Below are positions 10,109 to 20,232 of a DNA stretch of 64,000 nt, piece after piece; the stretch's first letter is position 1, and the number at the start of each line of letters is the position of its first letter. The DNA is from an uncultured Eubacteriales bacterium (GTDB lineage Bacteria; Bacillota; Clostridia; Peptostreptococcales; JAAYPU01): contig CAYSBC010000003.1 of NCBI GenBank assembly GCA_964429195.1, positions 729-64,728 on the forward strand. The letters run 5' to 3'. The notes under the pieces are model-generated. The model worked only from the letters and a program-made list of their open reading frames with translations. It did not search any database and was not told the DNA's origin. The position numbers were made by a program, and so were the translations under genes.

Positions 10109-10586
10109 ATTTTTCACTCCCTTATTTTCCATTATTATATAATTTCTTTATTTAAAATATTAACTCTTTCATTTTATACTCTTTTGATAAAAAAACAATA
10201 TAGAATAACTTTTAAAATAGGCCCTCCTTCTTAGAAATTTGTAAATACGCTTTGTTTATTTAAATTTTGTTTTCCTTTACTGGGAAATAAAAATAACCTA
10301 AAAAAGTTATTTCACAAAATAGAAAATATTATTTTAAAGAATGGGATATACTATATGATAAGAGTAGCCCAGTGAATTCCTACTTGAAATAACAGGTTAT
10401 TTATTGCTATACAATATTTGATACCTTATCAAATAAGGTATCAAATATTTCATTCGGTTATTATAGCATAAAATACTTATTTTGACTAGCATTTATAATC
10501 ATTATTATTAGGTAAATGTTAACTAAATGTTGCCCTAATGTTGATAATTCTACAATTTAGAGTGGACCATTAAGATTTTTGTTCAT

Positions 10587-11777
10587 TTAGTACGGCATAA
10601 TAGCTTTCTCCATAGCTTCCTTTATTTGTGCTACGTCTTTATCCCCTCTACCTGATAAATTAACTACTATAATTTTATCTTTAGGTAAAGTTTCCGCTAA
10701 TTTCATTGCATGAGCTACAGCGTGAGAGCTTTCTATGGCAGGAATAATGCCTTCGACCCGACACAATTCATGAAATGCCTGTAATGCTTCATCGTCCGTT
10801 GCTGTAACATACTGTCCACGGCCACTATCTTTATAAAAGCTATGCTCCGGACCTACTCCGGGGTAGTCTAATCCGGCTGCAATAGAATATACCGGAAGCG
10901 GTTCCCCATCTTCATCTTGAAGGTTATAACATTTAAAACCATGGAGGATGCCTACTTTTCCTTTTGTGATAGCTGCTGCATGATCCGGAGTGTCCAGACC
11001 TTTCCCTGCCGGTTCTACTCCAATCAATTGGACATCTTTATCCCCATAAAATGGATGGAAGATTCCTATGGCATTGCTTCCGCCTCCAACACATGCGACG
11101 ATATAATCCGGTAACCTGCCTTCTTGCTCCATGATTTGCTCTTTTGTCTCTGCACCAATAATGCTTTGGAATTCCCGGACCATAACGGGGTAAGGGTGAG
11201 GACCTACAGCCGAACCTATTAAATAAAAAGTGTTTTCATAGTTTTCCGAAAAATCGATCAGGGCAGCGTCAACCGCATCTTTTAATGTTCTGGTTCCAGT
11301 TTTAACAGGTACAACCCTTGCCCCTAAAAGCTCCATTCTGAATACATTAAGCTCCTGCCTTTTTGTATCAATTTCACCCATATAGATGATGCACTCCATA
11401 CCAAACATAGCACATACTGTAGCTGTCGCTACACCGTGCTGTCCAGCCCCTGTTTCAGCAATGATTCTCTTTTTTCCCATTCTTTTAGCGAGCAAAACTT
11501 GTCCCAATGCATTGTTGATTTTATGCGCTCCTGTATGATTTAAATCCTCTCTTTTTAAATAAATCTTTGCTCCGCCTATTTTTTCTGTTAATCTCTCAGC
11601 GAAATAAAGTGGATTAGGCCGCCCGGTATATTGCTTATGATAGTACATGAGCTCTTCTTGAAATTTAGGATCTCCTACAAATTTGTAAAACTGTTCAGCC
11701 ATTTCCTCTAATGCCACTTGCAGTTTTTCAGGAACAAAAGATCCTCCAAACTCCCCAAAAAATTCTTTTCTTTCCAT
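10587..11777 (-). CDS. trpB: tryptophan synthase beta chain (stand-alone; no trpA or other trp genes in the window)
   Basis: 396 aa. PLP-lysine region [11 protein letters not shown], plus GGGSNAIG and SGRGDKD motifs. AGGAGGAAA RBS. Confidence 0.95.
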   Translation of the reverse strand: MERKEFFGEFGGSFVPEKLQVALEEMAEQFYKFVGDPKFQEELMYYHKQYTGRPNPLYFAERLTEKIGGAKIYLKREDLNHTGAHKINNALGQVLLAKRMGKKRIIAETGAGQHGVATATVCAMFGMECIIYMGEIDTKRQELNVFRMELLGARVVPVKTGTRTLKDAVDAALIDFSENYENTFYLIGSAVGPHPYPVMVREFQSIIGAETKEQIMEQEGRLPDYIVACVGGGSNAIGIFHPFYGDKDVQLIGVEPAGKGLDTPDHAAAITKGKVGILHGFKCYNLQDEDGEPLPVYSIAAGLDYPGVGPEHSFYKDSGRGQYVTATDDEALQAFHELCRVEGIIPAIESSHAVAHAMKLAETLPKDKIIVVNLSGRGDKDVAQIKEAMEKAIMPY

Positions 11778-11823
11778 TTCTATTTCCTCCTAATTTTTTT
11801 ATTTAAGCAATGAGTTTTAGGCC

Positions 11824-12090
11824 AAATAAAAATCCCCTACATGCTTAATACATGTAGAGGACGATATCTTCGCGGTGCCACCTCAATTGGTTTTAAAACC
11901 CTCTCATCAGATACAGGATAAATAACCGATATCTTAACTCTATAACGGGAGTTCCCGGGTTGCCTACTGTGATTCAGCTTCCACTCGTGAGCCCATTCAG
12001 TCTATACTTTGATACCACGTTTTCACCACCAGTGGCTCTCTTCAATCTCCGTAATAACCTACTATCCTCACTCATCGCTTTACTTATTGG
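11824..12090 (-). promoter_or_regulatory. T-box riboswitch leader, probable Trp (UGG) specifier, controlling trpB
   Basis: Read on the minus strand: GCGATGAG K-turn region; AGAGAG bulge (plus 12045-12050); GGTGGTGAAAA distal loop; specifier context GAA-TGG-G (TGG = plus 11993-11995); stem III GGTTTTAAAACC; T-box sequence GGTGGCACCGCG (plus 11871-11882). The terminator is CCTCTACATG/CATGTAGGGG followed by ATTTTTATTT. Confidence 0.9.
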
Positions 12091-12093
12091 ATA

Positions 12094-12122
12094 ATTATAT
12101 GTCGCTTTTTAACTCTTGTCAA
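12094..12122 (-). promoter_or_regulatory. sigma-A type promoter for the trpB T-box leader
   Basis: Minus strand TTGACA (12117-12122), 17-nt spacer, TATAAT (12094-12099). Confidence 0.75.
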
Positions 12123-12133
12123 TGCCTTTTTTC

Positions 12134-14014
12134 TTACTCTATCTCTTGGCCTGATTTAAAATCCGATGGGTTAACGTCTTCCATGTTTTCCTCTTCATCC
12201 TCATCTTCTTGAACCACTGTTTTGTGCTCCGGTACATTGTCAAACAATGTCTTTCTTTCAAAGAACCCTCCAACAAAAGGAATTTCATTATTTTCTATAG
12301 GATACTTCAACAAATCCAATCCATCGGATTTAATCTTGTAATTAATTTTGGCTGCATTGAGAATCGTTGGACTCAAATCCAAAAAGCTTGCAACAACCTC
12401 AGTCTCCTTATAGACCTTTTTATCAGGTGTAATGATAAATAAAGGTACGAATTCAAAATATCTGCTATCCTCAGTGTAAGATGCCTGTTGGTATGGCCCT
12501 GATTTGACTGCCGGAGTATGATCCCCCATGATGATGATATAAGTGTTATCAAAATGTTCATTAACCTGATTCACAAAGTTCTCCAATGTTTGATCAACAT
12601 AGTTGATGGAGTTATAATAATTTCGAACTCTTTTTGTGCCTATATCATCGAATGCCGGATTGTTATAATAATTGTTGGCATTTGTAAAAGGTCCATGGCT
12701 TGTCATCGTTATTGTATAAGCAAAAAATGGTTGCTCTAATTGTTTGATTTTTTCAAGAGCATATTCGAAAACTTCATGGTCGGCCGCTCCCCAGCCTTGG
12801 TTCTTTAAACCCATGGCATCAATATCAAATAATGCATCAAATCCCATCTTAGGGAAAGCTAAATTACGATTAAAGAAACCACCAACATTTCCATGGAAAG
12901 CAACAGTACTGTAGGCTGAAGCCTTTAATTGTTTTAAAAAGCTGTTTGCATAATCATAATTGCTCAATTTAATAGAAGGATAATCGCTTAAGGGTTCTAT
13001 GCTATTCATGACAGAGAACTCTGTATCCGAAGTACTCCCTCCCAAATGATAACTCATTGTATTAGGATAATAAACAGAGTTATTGGAAAGTTCGTTCAGG
13101 AACGGTGCAATATACTCTCCATTATGGGTTTGATAAATCGTATTCGCATCCATGGATTCCACTTGAATAAATATAAAGTTAGGATTCTTCTTAGAAGCCT
13201 TATGCTTGTTTTCTATTTCTTTACCATAAACAAAATTATTGGCTAAGAAAGAATAATCCCTGCTGTTATACATGTTGATAGCCGAATTAAATAGAGTTCC
13301 ATAACGTTCAACAATGGCTGCTTCACCTTCATAATAGTTCTTCACATTTTGTCTAAAAGAAACCTTTTGCGTAAAATTTTCTTTTTCCATAGCATAGGCT
13401 GCCTTTGGACATAAGATCAATAGTATTAAAACAACAAAGCGAACTCTTTTTATTAACTCAGGACATTTGTAATATCTTTTGACAATAAAAAACAGAACAG
13501 GAGCATCAATCAATAGTAATAGCAAAACCGGATTAAACGGTGCCGAAAAGTTCCTTATTGCAATCAAACCCTCCGACATAATGGACATGACTTCCTTGAT
13601 ATGAAAATATCTTTGAAAATACATATAATAACCCGTATTCACCAGCATATATATGGTTTGAGTGATATAAAATCCTATTAAAAAGATTCTGGATTTAAAT
13701 ACAAACAAAAACGGATATAAAACGACTAAAGCAAAAAGTGTAAAATAAAACTTATATTTTAATAATTCAAAGGAACGCTCTGGCATCAGATAAAAATTGA
13801 AAAAAGTTATCTTTAATATATTGAGCATAATAAAAACAACAATAGCAGCAATGAGCGAAAAATTTGATTTTTTATTGAAAATCCCTTTAAAATTTTCAAT
13901 CTCTCCTTGAACAAACTTTCTTATATAGTAAAAAACCTTCAATAATACCTTACCTATACTTTTAAATTTCGATATAATAAATTTTTTTATAATTTCAAAT
14001 ATTGTATTAAACAT
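12134..14014 (-). CDS. LTA-synthase/sulfatase-family membrane protein (LtaS-like phosphoglycerol transferase family)
   Basis: Multi-TM N-terminus followed by an extracellular sulfatase-like domain (FIFIQVESMD, GGSTSDTEF, MTSHGPF, GDHTP). Start set at MFNTIF (14014), which has GGGGGAGGG upstream. Confidence 0.8.
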   Translation of the reverse strand: MFNTIFEIIKKFIISKFKSIGKVLLKVFYYIRKFVQGEIENFKGIFNKKSNFSLIAAIVVFIMLNILKITFFNFYLMPERSFELLKYKFYFTLFALVVLYPFLFVFKSRIFLIGFYITQTIYMLVNTGYYMYFQRYFHIKEVMSIMSEGLIAIRNFSAPFNPVLLLLLIDAPVLFFIVKRYYKCPELIKRVRFVVLILLILCPKAAYAMEKENFTQKVSFRQNVKNYYEGEAAIVERYGTLFNSAINMYNSRDYSFLANNFVYGKEIENKHKASKKNPNFIFIQVESMDANTIYQTHNGEYIAPFLNELSNNSVYYPNTMSYHLGGSTSDTEFSVMNSIEPLSDYPSIKLSNYDYANSFLKQLKASAYSTVAFHGNVGGFFNRNLAFPKMGFDALFDIDAMGLKNQGWGAADHEVFEYALEKIKQLEQPFFAYTITMTSHGPFTNANNYYNNPAFDDIGTKRVRNYYNSINYVDQTLENFVNQVNEHFDNTYIIIMGDHTPAVKSGPYQQASYTEDSRYFEFVPLFIITPDKKVYKETEVVASFLDLSPTILNAAKINYKIKSDGLDLLKYPIENNEIPFVGGFFERKTLFDNVPEHKTVVQEDEDEEENMEDVNPSDFKSGQEIE

Positions 14015-14193
14015 TATCCCTCCCCCTTGTTCAACAATTGAAAGCTCCCTTAACTCCATGTTAAAATTCTGTTAATTGTTCGCACAATGCATTATAACAA
14101 AATTACTCGATATATTCAATAAAAATTATGTTTTTTTGTTATGTTGGTCTACTAAACCCTATATAATATATATTAAATTGGGGTCTTTTTATA

Positions 14194-15591
14194 CTATCCT
14201 TTAACAAACTTACCCTTTACTTCATCGATGATTTGCCCATCCTTCATGATGGTATGGCCACGTACAATAGTAGCCACAGGCTTACCCTTTATTTTAAAAC
14301 CATCAAATGCAGTGACCTTGCTTTTACTATGCAATTCATCTTCTTTAATCGTCATATTTGCATTAAAATCCACGATAGTGATATCCGCATCTGTTCCTAC
14401 CTGAAGTGATCCTTTCTGTGGATATAAATGAAATATTTTGGCAGGATTCTCAGAAAGCAAGGATGCCAGCTCATTTTTTGTGATTTTACCCTCACTGACA
14501 GCACCTATCATCAAAGGCGCTAATGTTTCAACGCCGCATATTCCTGCAGGGATTTCATAAAGACCACCGGTTTTCTCTTCTTTGGTGTGAGGTGCATGAT
14601 CCGAACACACCATCGTGATAGTCCTATCCTGAATACCTTCCCAAATTCCATTTTGATCTTCTTTATATTTGACAGGTGGATAGGCCTTCATTTTGGGTCC
14701 TACTCGATTAAAGTCCTCTGTACTCAGAAATAAAAAATGCGGGCAGGTTTCAGCTGTTATTGGTAGACCTTTTTCTTGGGCCCTTCTTATCGCATCGGTA
14801 CCGTCCTTAGAGCTTACATGTAAAATATGAAGCCGACACTTGGTTTTTTTTGCAAGGGATACTGCTGTTTGTATAACCATCTCTTCTGCAATGCCCGGCC
14901 GAGATTCCACGAGTTTCTCGTATTCCCCAAGATTCGCATCCAATAACTCCGGTTCATTGGATAATGTTTCAATCAAGCTGGCATTTTCGGCATGAATTGC
15001 AACACACTTACCGGTCTTTTCTACCTCTCTGAAAATCTTATAAACCTCTCCATCGCTTAAAGGCGCTAAGACATCATCTCTCATTCCCGGCTTATAATTA
15101 TAAACGAGCTGGTAAGTCTTTTTATCAATGGCATAACCCCAGAAGAATTTAAAAGCAATGGCCCCTGCTTCACTTAATTCCCCCAAGCAGTGATTGTTTA
15201 AATCCCCAAGGCATAGTCCCCATAATGCAAAATCAATATGAGCTTTCCTAGATAAGTTTTCAACCTGTTGATTAAAATTTTCTTTATTCCATATAGCGGG
15301 TATAGCATTGGGCATTTCAAATAGCATGGTTATCCCGCCTGCTGCTGCCGCTCTGGTTGAATGAAAGAAGTCTTCTTTATGCTCTCCACCCTTATCTCTT
15401 GAGTGAACATGGGTATCAATAAAACCAGAAAAAATATACTTGCCTTCAGCATCTGTGATTTCTCTTGCCTCACCTTCAAGTTCTTCGCAAGTAATAGCAG
15501 CAATCTTTGAATCCTTTATATAGATATTAGCCCTGTATTCTTCGGTTGATGTGACAATCGTTCCGTTTTTTATGATATGGTCCCACAGCAT
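14194..15591 (-). CDS. cyclic amidohydrolase (dihydroorotase/allantoinase/hydantoinase superfamily)
   Basis: GFIDTHVHSRD metal-binding motif, AAAAGGITMLFEMPN, and later HAEN and SDHAPH motifs. 465 aa. AGGAGG RBS. Confidence 0.8.
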   Translation of the reverse strand: MLWDHIIKNGTIVTSTEEYRANIYIKDSKIAAITCEELEGEAREITDAEGKYIFSGFIDTHVHSRDKGGEHKEDFFHSTRAAAAGGITMLFEMPNAIPAIWNKENFNQQVENLSRKAHIDFALWGLCLGDLNNHCLGELSEAGAIAFKFFWGYAIDKKTYQLVYNYKPGMRDDVLAPLSDGEVYKIFREVEKTGKCVAIHAENASLIETLSNEPELLDANLGEYEKLVESRPGIAEEMVIQTAVSLAKKTKCRLHILHVSSKDGTDAIRRAQEKGLPITAETCPHFLFLSTEDFNRVGPKMKAYPPVKYKEDQNGIWEGIQDRTITMVCSDHAPHTKEEKTGGLYEIPAGICGVETLAPLMIGAVSEGKITKNELASLLSENPAKIFHLYPQKGSLQVGTDADITIVDFNANMTIKEDELHSKSKVTAFDGFKIKGKPVATIVRGHTIMKDGQIIDEVKGKFVKG

Positions 15592-15692
15592 AATAAAAGC
15601 CTCCTATAATTTTGTTGTTTGTCATGTTTATCATATATTTTTTTTTAATTTTTATCAACCCATGAAAAGAACAGAAGGTTACTACTCTATGA

Positions 15693-15736
15693 AAAGAAAA
15701 AAATAGTGTCACCCGTTGTTTGGCAGGGACACTACT
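15693..15736 (-). terminator. rho-independent terminator after etfA
   Basis: Minus strand AGTGTCCCTGCC...GGGTGACACT stem followed by ATTTTTTTC. Confidence 0.7.
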
Positions 15737-15760
15737 TTGCATCCAATAATTTTCCAGTGA

Positions 15761-16786
15761 TTATGCGTTAGCTTCCTTATATTTCTTTATCGCTTCTGTT
15801 AGCTTAGGAATAATTGCCTTAACATCTCCTACAATACCGATATCCGCTACATCAAAGATAGCAGCTGTATCATTTTTGTTAATGGCTATAACACAATCTG
15901 AACCTTCCATACCTGCTACGTGTTGTATAGCACCTGAAATACCGCATGCTAGGTACAAATCCGGTCTGACTGTCTTTCCTGTTTGACCTACTTGTCTGTC
16001 CTTTGTAGCCCATCCGGCATCTACGTTAGCTCTAGATGAAGAGATGTCTCCACCTAAAACATCAGCAAGCTCTTTTAAATCGTTGAAGAATTCAGGTGAA
16101 CCGATTCCGCGACCTCCGGAAACAAGAACACCGGCTTCTGTTATATCTGATTTTTTATGTGTCTCCTTAACAATCTCTCTTATCACCACATTCATATCCG
16201 AAGATTCAAATGCAACCTTGACTTCTTGAATCTCACCATCTCTAGCTGTATCCTTTTCCAGTCTTTTCATAACACCGGGTCTTACTGTAGCCATTTGAGG
16301 GCGGTGATTTTTACATAGGATTGTAGCCATGATATTCCCACCAAATGCAGGACGAGTCATGAATAATAATTTTTGTCCTAGGTCATCCGCTTTAGCTTTG
16401 TATTCCTCTATATCTAGTTTTGTACAGTCCGCTGTTAAACCGGTTTGAACCCTTGAAGCAACTCGAGGTGCTAAATCTCTTCCTATAGAAGTCGCTCCAA
16501 ACATTACAATTTCCGGATCATATTCCTTAATAATGGTTGTTAAAGCCTTTGCATAAGGCTCTGTTACGTATTCTGCAAGCATAGGGTCCTCCACGTATAA
16601 GACCTTATCTGCACCATATTCAATCAATGTTTTTGCCTTTTCCTTAATTTGATCTCCCAGTAGAACGGCTACAACCTTTTGCTCTAAATCCTTAGCCAAT
16701 TTTGTTGCTTCACCGATCAATTCAAGACCAACTTTTGCGATTTGACCGTCTCTCTGCTCAACAACTACATAAATATCTTTACTCAT
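15761..16786 (-). CDS. etfA: electron transfer flavoprotein alpha subunit
   Basis: 341 aa. C-terminal FAD-binding region (GISGAIQHVAGM). Directly follows etfB and the acyl-CoA dehydrogenase gene. Confidence 0.93.
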   Translation of the reverse strand: MSKDIYVVVEQRDGQIAKVGLELIGEATKLAKDLEQKVVAVLLGDQIKEKAKTLIEYGADKVLYVEDPMLAEYVTEPYAKALTTIIKEYDPEIVMFGATSIGRDLAPRVASRVQTGLTADCTKLDIEEYKAKADDLGQKLLFMTRPAFGGNIMATILCKNHRPQMATVRPGVMKRLEKDTARDGEIQEVKVAFESSDMNVVIREIVKETHKKSDITEAGVLVSGGRGIGSPEFFNDLKELADVLGGDISSSRANVDAGWATKDRQVGQTGKTVRPDLYLACGISGAIQHVAGMEGSDCVIAINKNDTAAIFDVADIGIVGDVKAIIPKLTEAIKKYKEANA

Positions 16787-16811
16787 TTAAGTTTTCCTCC
16801 TTCTCCACCTA

Positions 16812-17600
16812 TTAAATGATGTGTCTTTCTTCAAGTTTCTCAAGGATAACTTTTACTGCTTCATCCACACTTAAATCAGCGAGTACCTGTCCTTGGCCTT
16901 TAGCCTGTTTTGTAAAGGATTTATATACATTGGTTGGAGATCCTTTTAACCCTATGTGATTTAGATTTAAATCGTCCTTTAAATCGTCATATCCAAATAC
17001 CTTCACTTCCTTTTCATAGGCTTCAATAATACCTCTTGCATGCATATATCTGGCTGTAGCCAATTCTTGAAGTGCTGTCAATAGGCATGGCATCTTCACC
17101 TCAAGAACATGGTATCTATCTTCAAATTGTCTTTTTACAATAACAGAATTACCTTCTATATCGATTTCTTCTACATAAGATACTTGAGGAATCCTAAGAT
17201 TTTCTGCAATCTGCGGTCCTACCTGTGCTGTATCTCCATCAATAGCCTGACGACCTGTAATAACAATGTCATAGCCTATTTTCCTCAGTGCAGCTGAAAT
17301 AATAGTTGCGGTTGCAAAAGTATCGGATCCGCCAAATTCTCTTGCGGATACGAGGATAGCCTCATCACAACCCATTGCAAGTGCTTCTCTTAATGCAACA
17401 TCTGCTTGTGCAGGGCCCATACATACTACCGTTACAGTCCCACCAAATTTCTCCTTTAGCTGCAATGCTGCCTCAATACCTGATTTATCATCATGATTGA
17501 TAATGCTAGGCACTCCTTCTCGGATCAGTGTATTTGTAACCGGATCTAGTTTCACTTCATTTGTGTCCGGTACTTGCTTTATACATACAACGATTTTCAT
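16812..17600 (-). CDS. etfB: electron transfer flavoprotein beta subunit
   Basis: MKIVVCIKQVPD start, typical of EtfB. Start moved to 17600, which has GGGAGA upstream. Confidence 0.93.
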   Translation of the reverse strand: MKIVVCIKQVPDTNEVKLDPVTNTLIREGVPSIINHDDKSGIEAALQLKEKFGGTVTVVCMGPAQADVALREALAMGCDEAILVSAREFGGSDTFATATIISAALRKIGYDIVITGRQAIDGDTAQVGPQIAENLRIPQVSYVEEIDIEGNSVIVKRQFEDRYHVLEVKMPCLLTALQELATARYMHARGIIEAYEKEVKVFGYDDLKDDLNLNHIGLKGSPTNVYKSFTKQAKGQGQVLADLSVDEAVKVILEKLEERHII

Positions 17601-17625
17601 CTTATTATCTCCCTTCAAATATTTA

Positions 17626-18768
17626 TTAGCTAATCTTCATTGAGCCGGCAATAACCATCTTCATAGCTTCTGAAGTACCTTCATATATTTCAGTAATCTT
17701 AGCATCTCTCATCATTCTTTCTACCGGGTACTCTCTGGAATAGCCGTAACCACCCATCATTTGTACACAGTCTCTTGTTACAACATTACATACATCGGAA
17801 GCGAAGAGCTTGGCCATAGCAGCCAATGGGCTATAATTTTCTTTATTGTCCTTAGAAACTGCGGCTCTCCATGTCATAAGTCTTGCTGCATCGATTTTGG
17901 TTTGAAGCTCTGCTATTTTAAACTGGGTGTTTTGGAAGGAAGAAATTCTTTTTCCAAATTGTTTTCTTTCTTTCACATATTTTATAGCCTCATTCAAAGC
18001 TCCTTGTGCAATACCTACGGATTGAGCTGCAATCCCAATTCTTCCTCCGTCAAGAGCTTGCATAGCAATCTTAAACCCATCTCCTTCTTTTCCCAAACGT
18101 TGAGATACCGGAATGCGCACATTTTCATAAGCCACTTCACAGTTGGATGCTGCTCTGATACCCATTCGTGGAATACTTCTTCCTACAAATATACCAGGTG
18201 TATTGATATCTATGACGAAGGCTGATATGCCTTTTGTACCCTTTGATTTGTCTGTCATGGCAAAGACAATAAATGTATCTGCAAATCCTGCATTGGTAGT
18301 GAAAATTTTAGATCCATTGATGATATATTCATCGCCATCCAGTACCGCTTTAGTCTGTTGGCCGGCAGCATCTGTTCCTGCATTAGGCTCTGTTAATCCA
18401 AAGCAACCTACTTTCGAACCGTCTACAAGAGGTCTTAGCCAGGTTTGCTTCTGTTCTTCATTTCCAAAGCTATCAAGACAAGCACTAGCAAGAGAAGTAT
18501 GAACTGAAATTGTAATGCCTGTGCTTGCATCCACTTTTGATATTTCCTCCATACAAAGAGTGTAGCTAAGGACATCTCCTCCAACTCCACCATAATTTTT
18601 GGAATAAGGAATACCCATCAAACCGTATTTTTGTAGTTTCTTAACAAGGTCCAAGTTAAACTCTTCTGTCTCATCCATTTCTTCTGCAAGTGGTTTAACT
18701 TCATTTTCAGCAAATCTGCGATAGAGTTCTTGCTGAAGCAAATGCGTCTTTGAAAGTTTAAAATCCAT
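17626..18768 (-). CDS. short-chain (butyryl-CoA type) acyl-CoA dehydrogenase
   Basis: 380 aa. GLTEPNAGTDA, and C-terminal YEGTSE with the catalytic Glu context. The gene order acyl-CoA DH-etfB-etfA is that of bifurcating Bcd/Etf complexes. Confidence 0.9.
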   Translation of the reverse strand: MDFKLSKTHLLQQELYRRFAENEVKPLAEEMDETEEFNLDLVKKLQKYGLMGIPYSKNYGGVGGDVLSYTLCMEEISKVDASTGITISVHTSLASACLDSFGNEEQKQTWLRPLVDGSKVGCFGLTEPNAGTDAAGQQTKAVLDGDEYIINGSKIFTTNAGFADTFIVFAMTDKSKGTKGISAFVIDINTPGIFVGRSIPRMGIRAASNCEVAYENVRIPVSQRLGKEGDGFKIAMQALDGGRIGIAAQSVGIAQGALNEAIKYVKERKQFGKRISSFQNTQFKIAELQTKIDAARLMTWRAAVSKDNKENYSPLAAMAKLFASDVCNVVTRDCVQMMGGYGYSREYPVERMMRDAKITEIYEGTSEAMKMVIAGSMKIS

Positions 18769-19037
18769 ATTATTCTCCTCCAGTTATCAATATTTTCCAA
18801 ATTATTTCTTCAAGATATCTTATATTAAATACACTTTAATCTCTCGTTAATAAGTTGTCAATCTATTTTTGAAATTAACTATGAAAGTATATTGTATACT
18901 TGAAAACTGTGATGAGCATCTTCAAAAATTTTCGGGTAAATAATATTTTAATAATTTGAAGTTTCAATCATTCCTTAGATAATCCACTTTGACTTTTATG
19001 AATTCTCTCCATGGAATTTTTGTAGCTTTTTGAATAC

Positions 19038-19082
19038 ACAAAAAAACAAGACTTGTTATTTTATCGACAATCACGTCTTGTT
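19038..19082 (-). terminator. rho-independent terminator after the kinase-like gene
   Basis: AACAAGAC (19045-19052) / GTCTTGTT (19075-19082) stem with TTTTTTTGTG after it on the minus strand. Confidence 0.65.
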
Positions 19083-19103
19083 TTCTCAAAAAAAGGACAT
19101 TCT

Positions 19104-19709
19104 CTATAGAAAATCGAAGGAACTACTGCTTGTAAGAATGAGATCGCATCTATCTTTGATACTGAAAGATTCAAAATACTCCTTTTCAAGAGGAATCCAC
19201 ATTGTCTCAAAACGTTTCAACATTTCTCCCCCATTCCTTGCTAATATTCTTTCTCTTTGTTCTTTTTCATCAATATCTAAAAATACTTTATAGTTATAGG
19301 CATGTTCGAGAGCCGGATGCAGACTATAGACGCCCTCAACAATGTTTATTCCCTTGGGATTGACATGAATTTTATGACTAAAGTCCATCATCTTACAATT
19401 AAATACTTGGTATTGAAAAGGTATATTGGCTTTGATATTCGTTATAACCTCTTGTAAGAATCTTTCATAATGAACGTTACCTCCCGGTTCCTTGTACCGC
19501 TCTGCATGTCGCATTTCCTGGGGTAGAAAAAAATCATCCATAGAAAAAACATTACAGTCATAGACCTCTTTTAAGCTGTTAGCCAAACTGGTTTTCCCCG
19601 AACCACAAGGCCCATCTATCGCCACAATTATCCTATTTTCAGATGTAGCAATCAGCTTATCCACTTCTGATTGAATCATGTTCAATAACTGACAATTGTT
19701 CTTATTCAT
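19104..19709 (-). CDS. P-loop kinase, uridine-kinase-like family, substrate unknown
   Basis: Walker A IDGPCGSGKTSLA. About 200 aa. Overlaps the upstream ECF S-component gene by 8 nt. Confidence 0.6.
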   Translation of the reverse strand: MNKNNCQLLNMIQSEVDKLIATSENRIIVAIDGPCGSGKTSLANSLKEVYDCNVFSMDDFFLPQEMRHAERYKEPGGNVHYERFLQEVITNIKANIPFQYQVFNCKMMDFSHKIHVNPKGINIVEGVYSLHPALEHAYNYKVFLDIDEKEQRERILARNGGEMLKRFETMWIPLEKEYFESFSIKDRCDLILTSSSSFDFL

Positions 19710-20232
19710 GATCTATTAAACCTGCCTTTTCCAGTGCTATGACAATAATCGGAATTAAGACCAACTGAATAATTATTCCCGGGATAGCATTGATAAATCC
19801 CATCATGATGAACATGTCCATAGAAAAATCCATGCCGATAGATCTGTATAACAAAGCGCTGACTATGCCCCAAGCCATTCTACCCAAGACCATCGATATT
19901 ATTAAAGTAATATAGACATTCATTTTATTTTTAGGAAGAATTTTATAAACGAGTCCGGTGGCTAACCCATATACACCGAGCTCAAAGGCCATAGAGATAG
20001 CCATAGGAAACATGGGTGGCATCGAATAAATGGCAGATCTTAACAAAGGTACAATAAAGCCAATCATGAGTCCTATAGGTCCCCCGCAAATAAATCCACC
20101 TAAAAACACAGGAATATGCATAGGTAACAACCTACTACCAATAGCCGGTATCTGCCCGGTCATAAAGGGTAAAATAAACCCTAATGCAATAAAAAAACCA
20201 CCCAGTATAACTTTTTTCGTTTGACGATTCAT
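19702..20232 (-). CDS. ECF-transporter substrate-specific (S) component, substrate unknown
   Basis: 176 aa, about 6 TM. Gly-rich helices typical of ECF S components. GGAGGAAG RBS. Confidence 0.6.
   Translation of the reverse strand: MNRQTKKVILGGFFIALGFILPFMTGQIPAIGSRLLPMHIPVFLGGFICGGPIGLMIGFIVPLLRSAIYSMPPMFPMAISMAFELGVYGLATGLVYKILPKNKMNVYITLIISMVLGRMAWGIVSALLYRSIGMDFSMDMFIMMGFINAIPGIIIQLVLIPIIVIALEKAGLIDHE

Noticed and set aside
15527-15742. 71-aa minus-strand ORF between etfA and the amidohydrolase gene
   Set aside because: It overlaps the etfA terminator hairpin and the 5' end of the amidohydrolase gene. There is no RBS and no recognisable domain.
17761-18502. Long antisense ORFs inside real genes. 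Examples: 17761-18225 (154 aa), 18143-18502 (119 aa), 29867-30427 (186 aa), 30246-30608 (120 aa), 26159-26563 and 26247-26804 inside the MFS gene, 5022-5423, 51915-52673.
   Set aside because: All lie fully within well-supported genes on the opposite strand or in another frame. They have no recognisable motifs and show skewed Ser/Pro/Leu-rich shadow composition.
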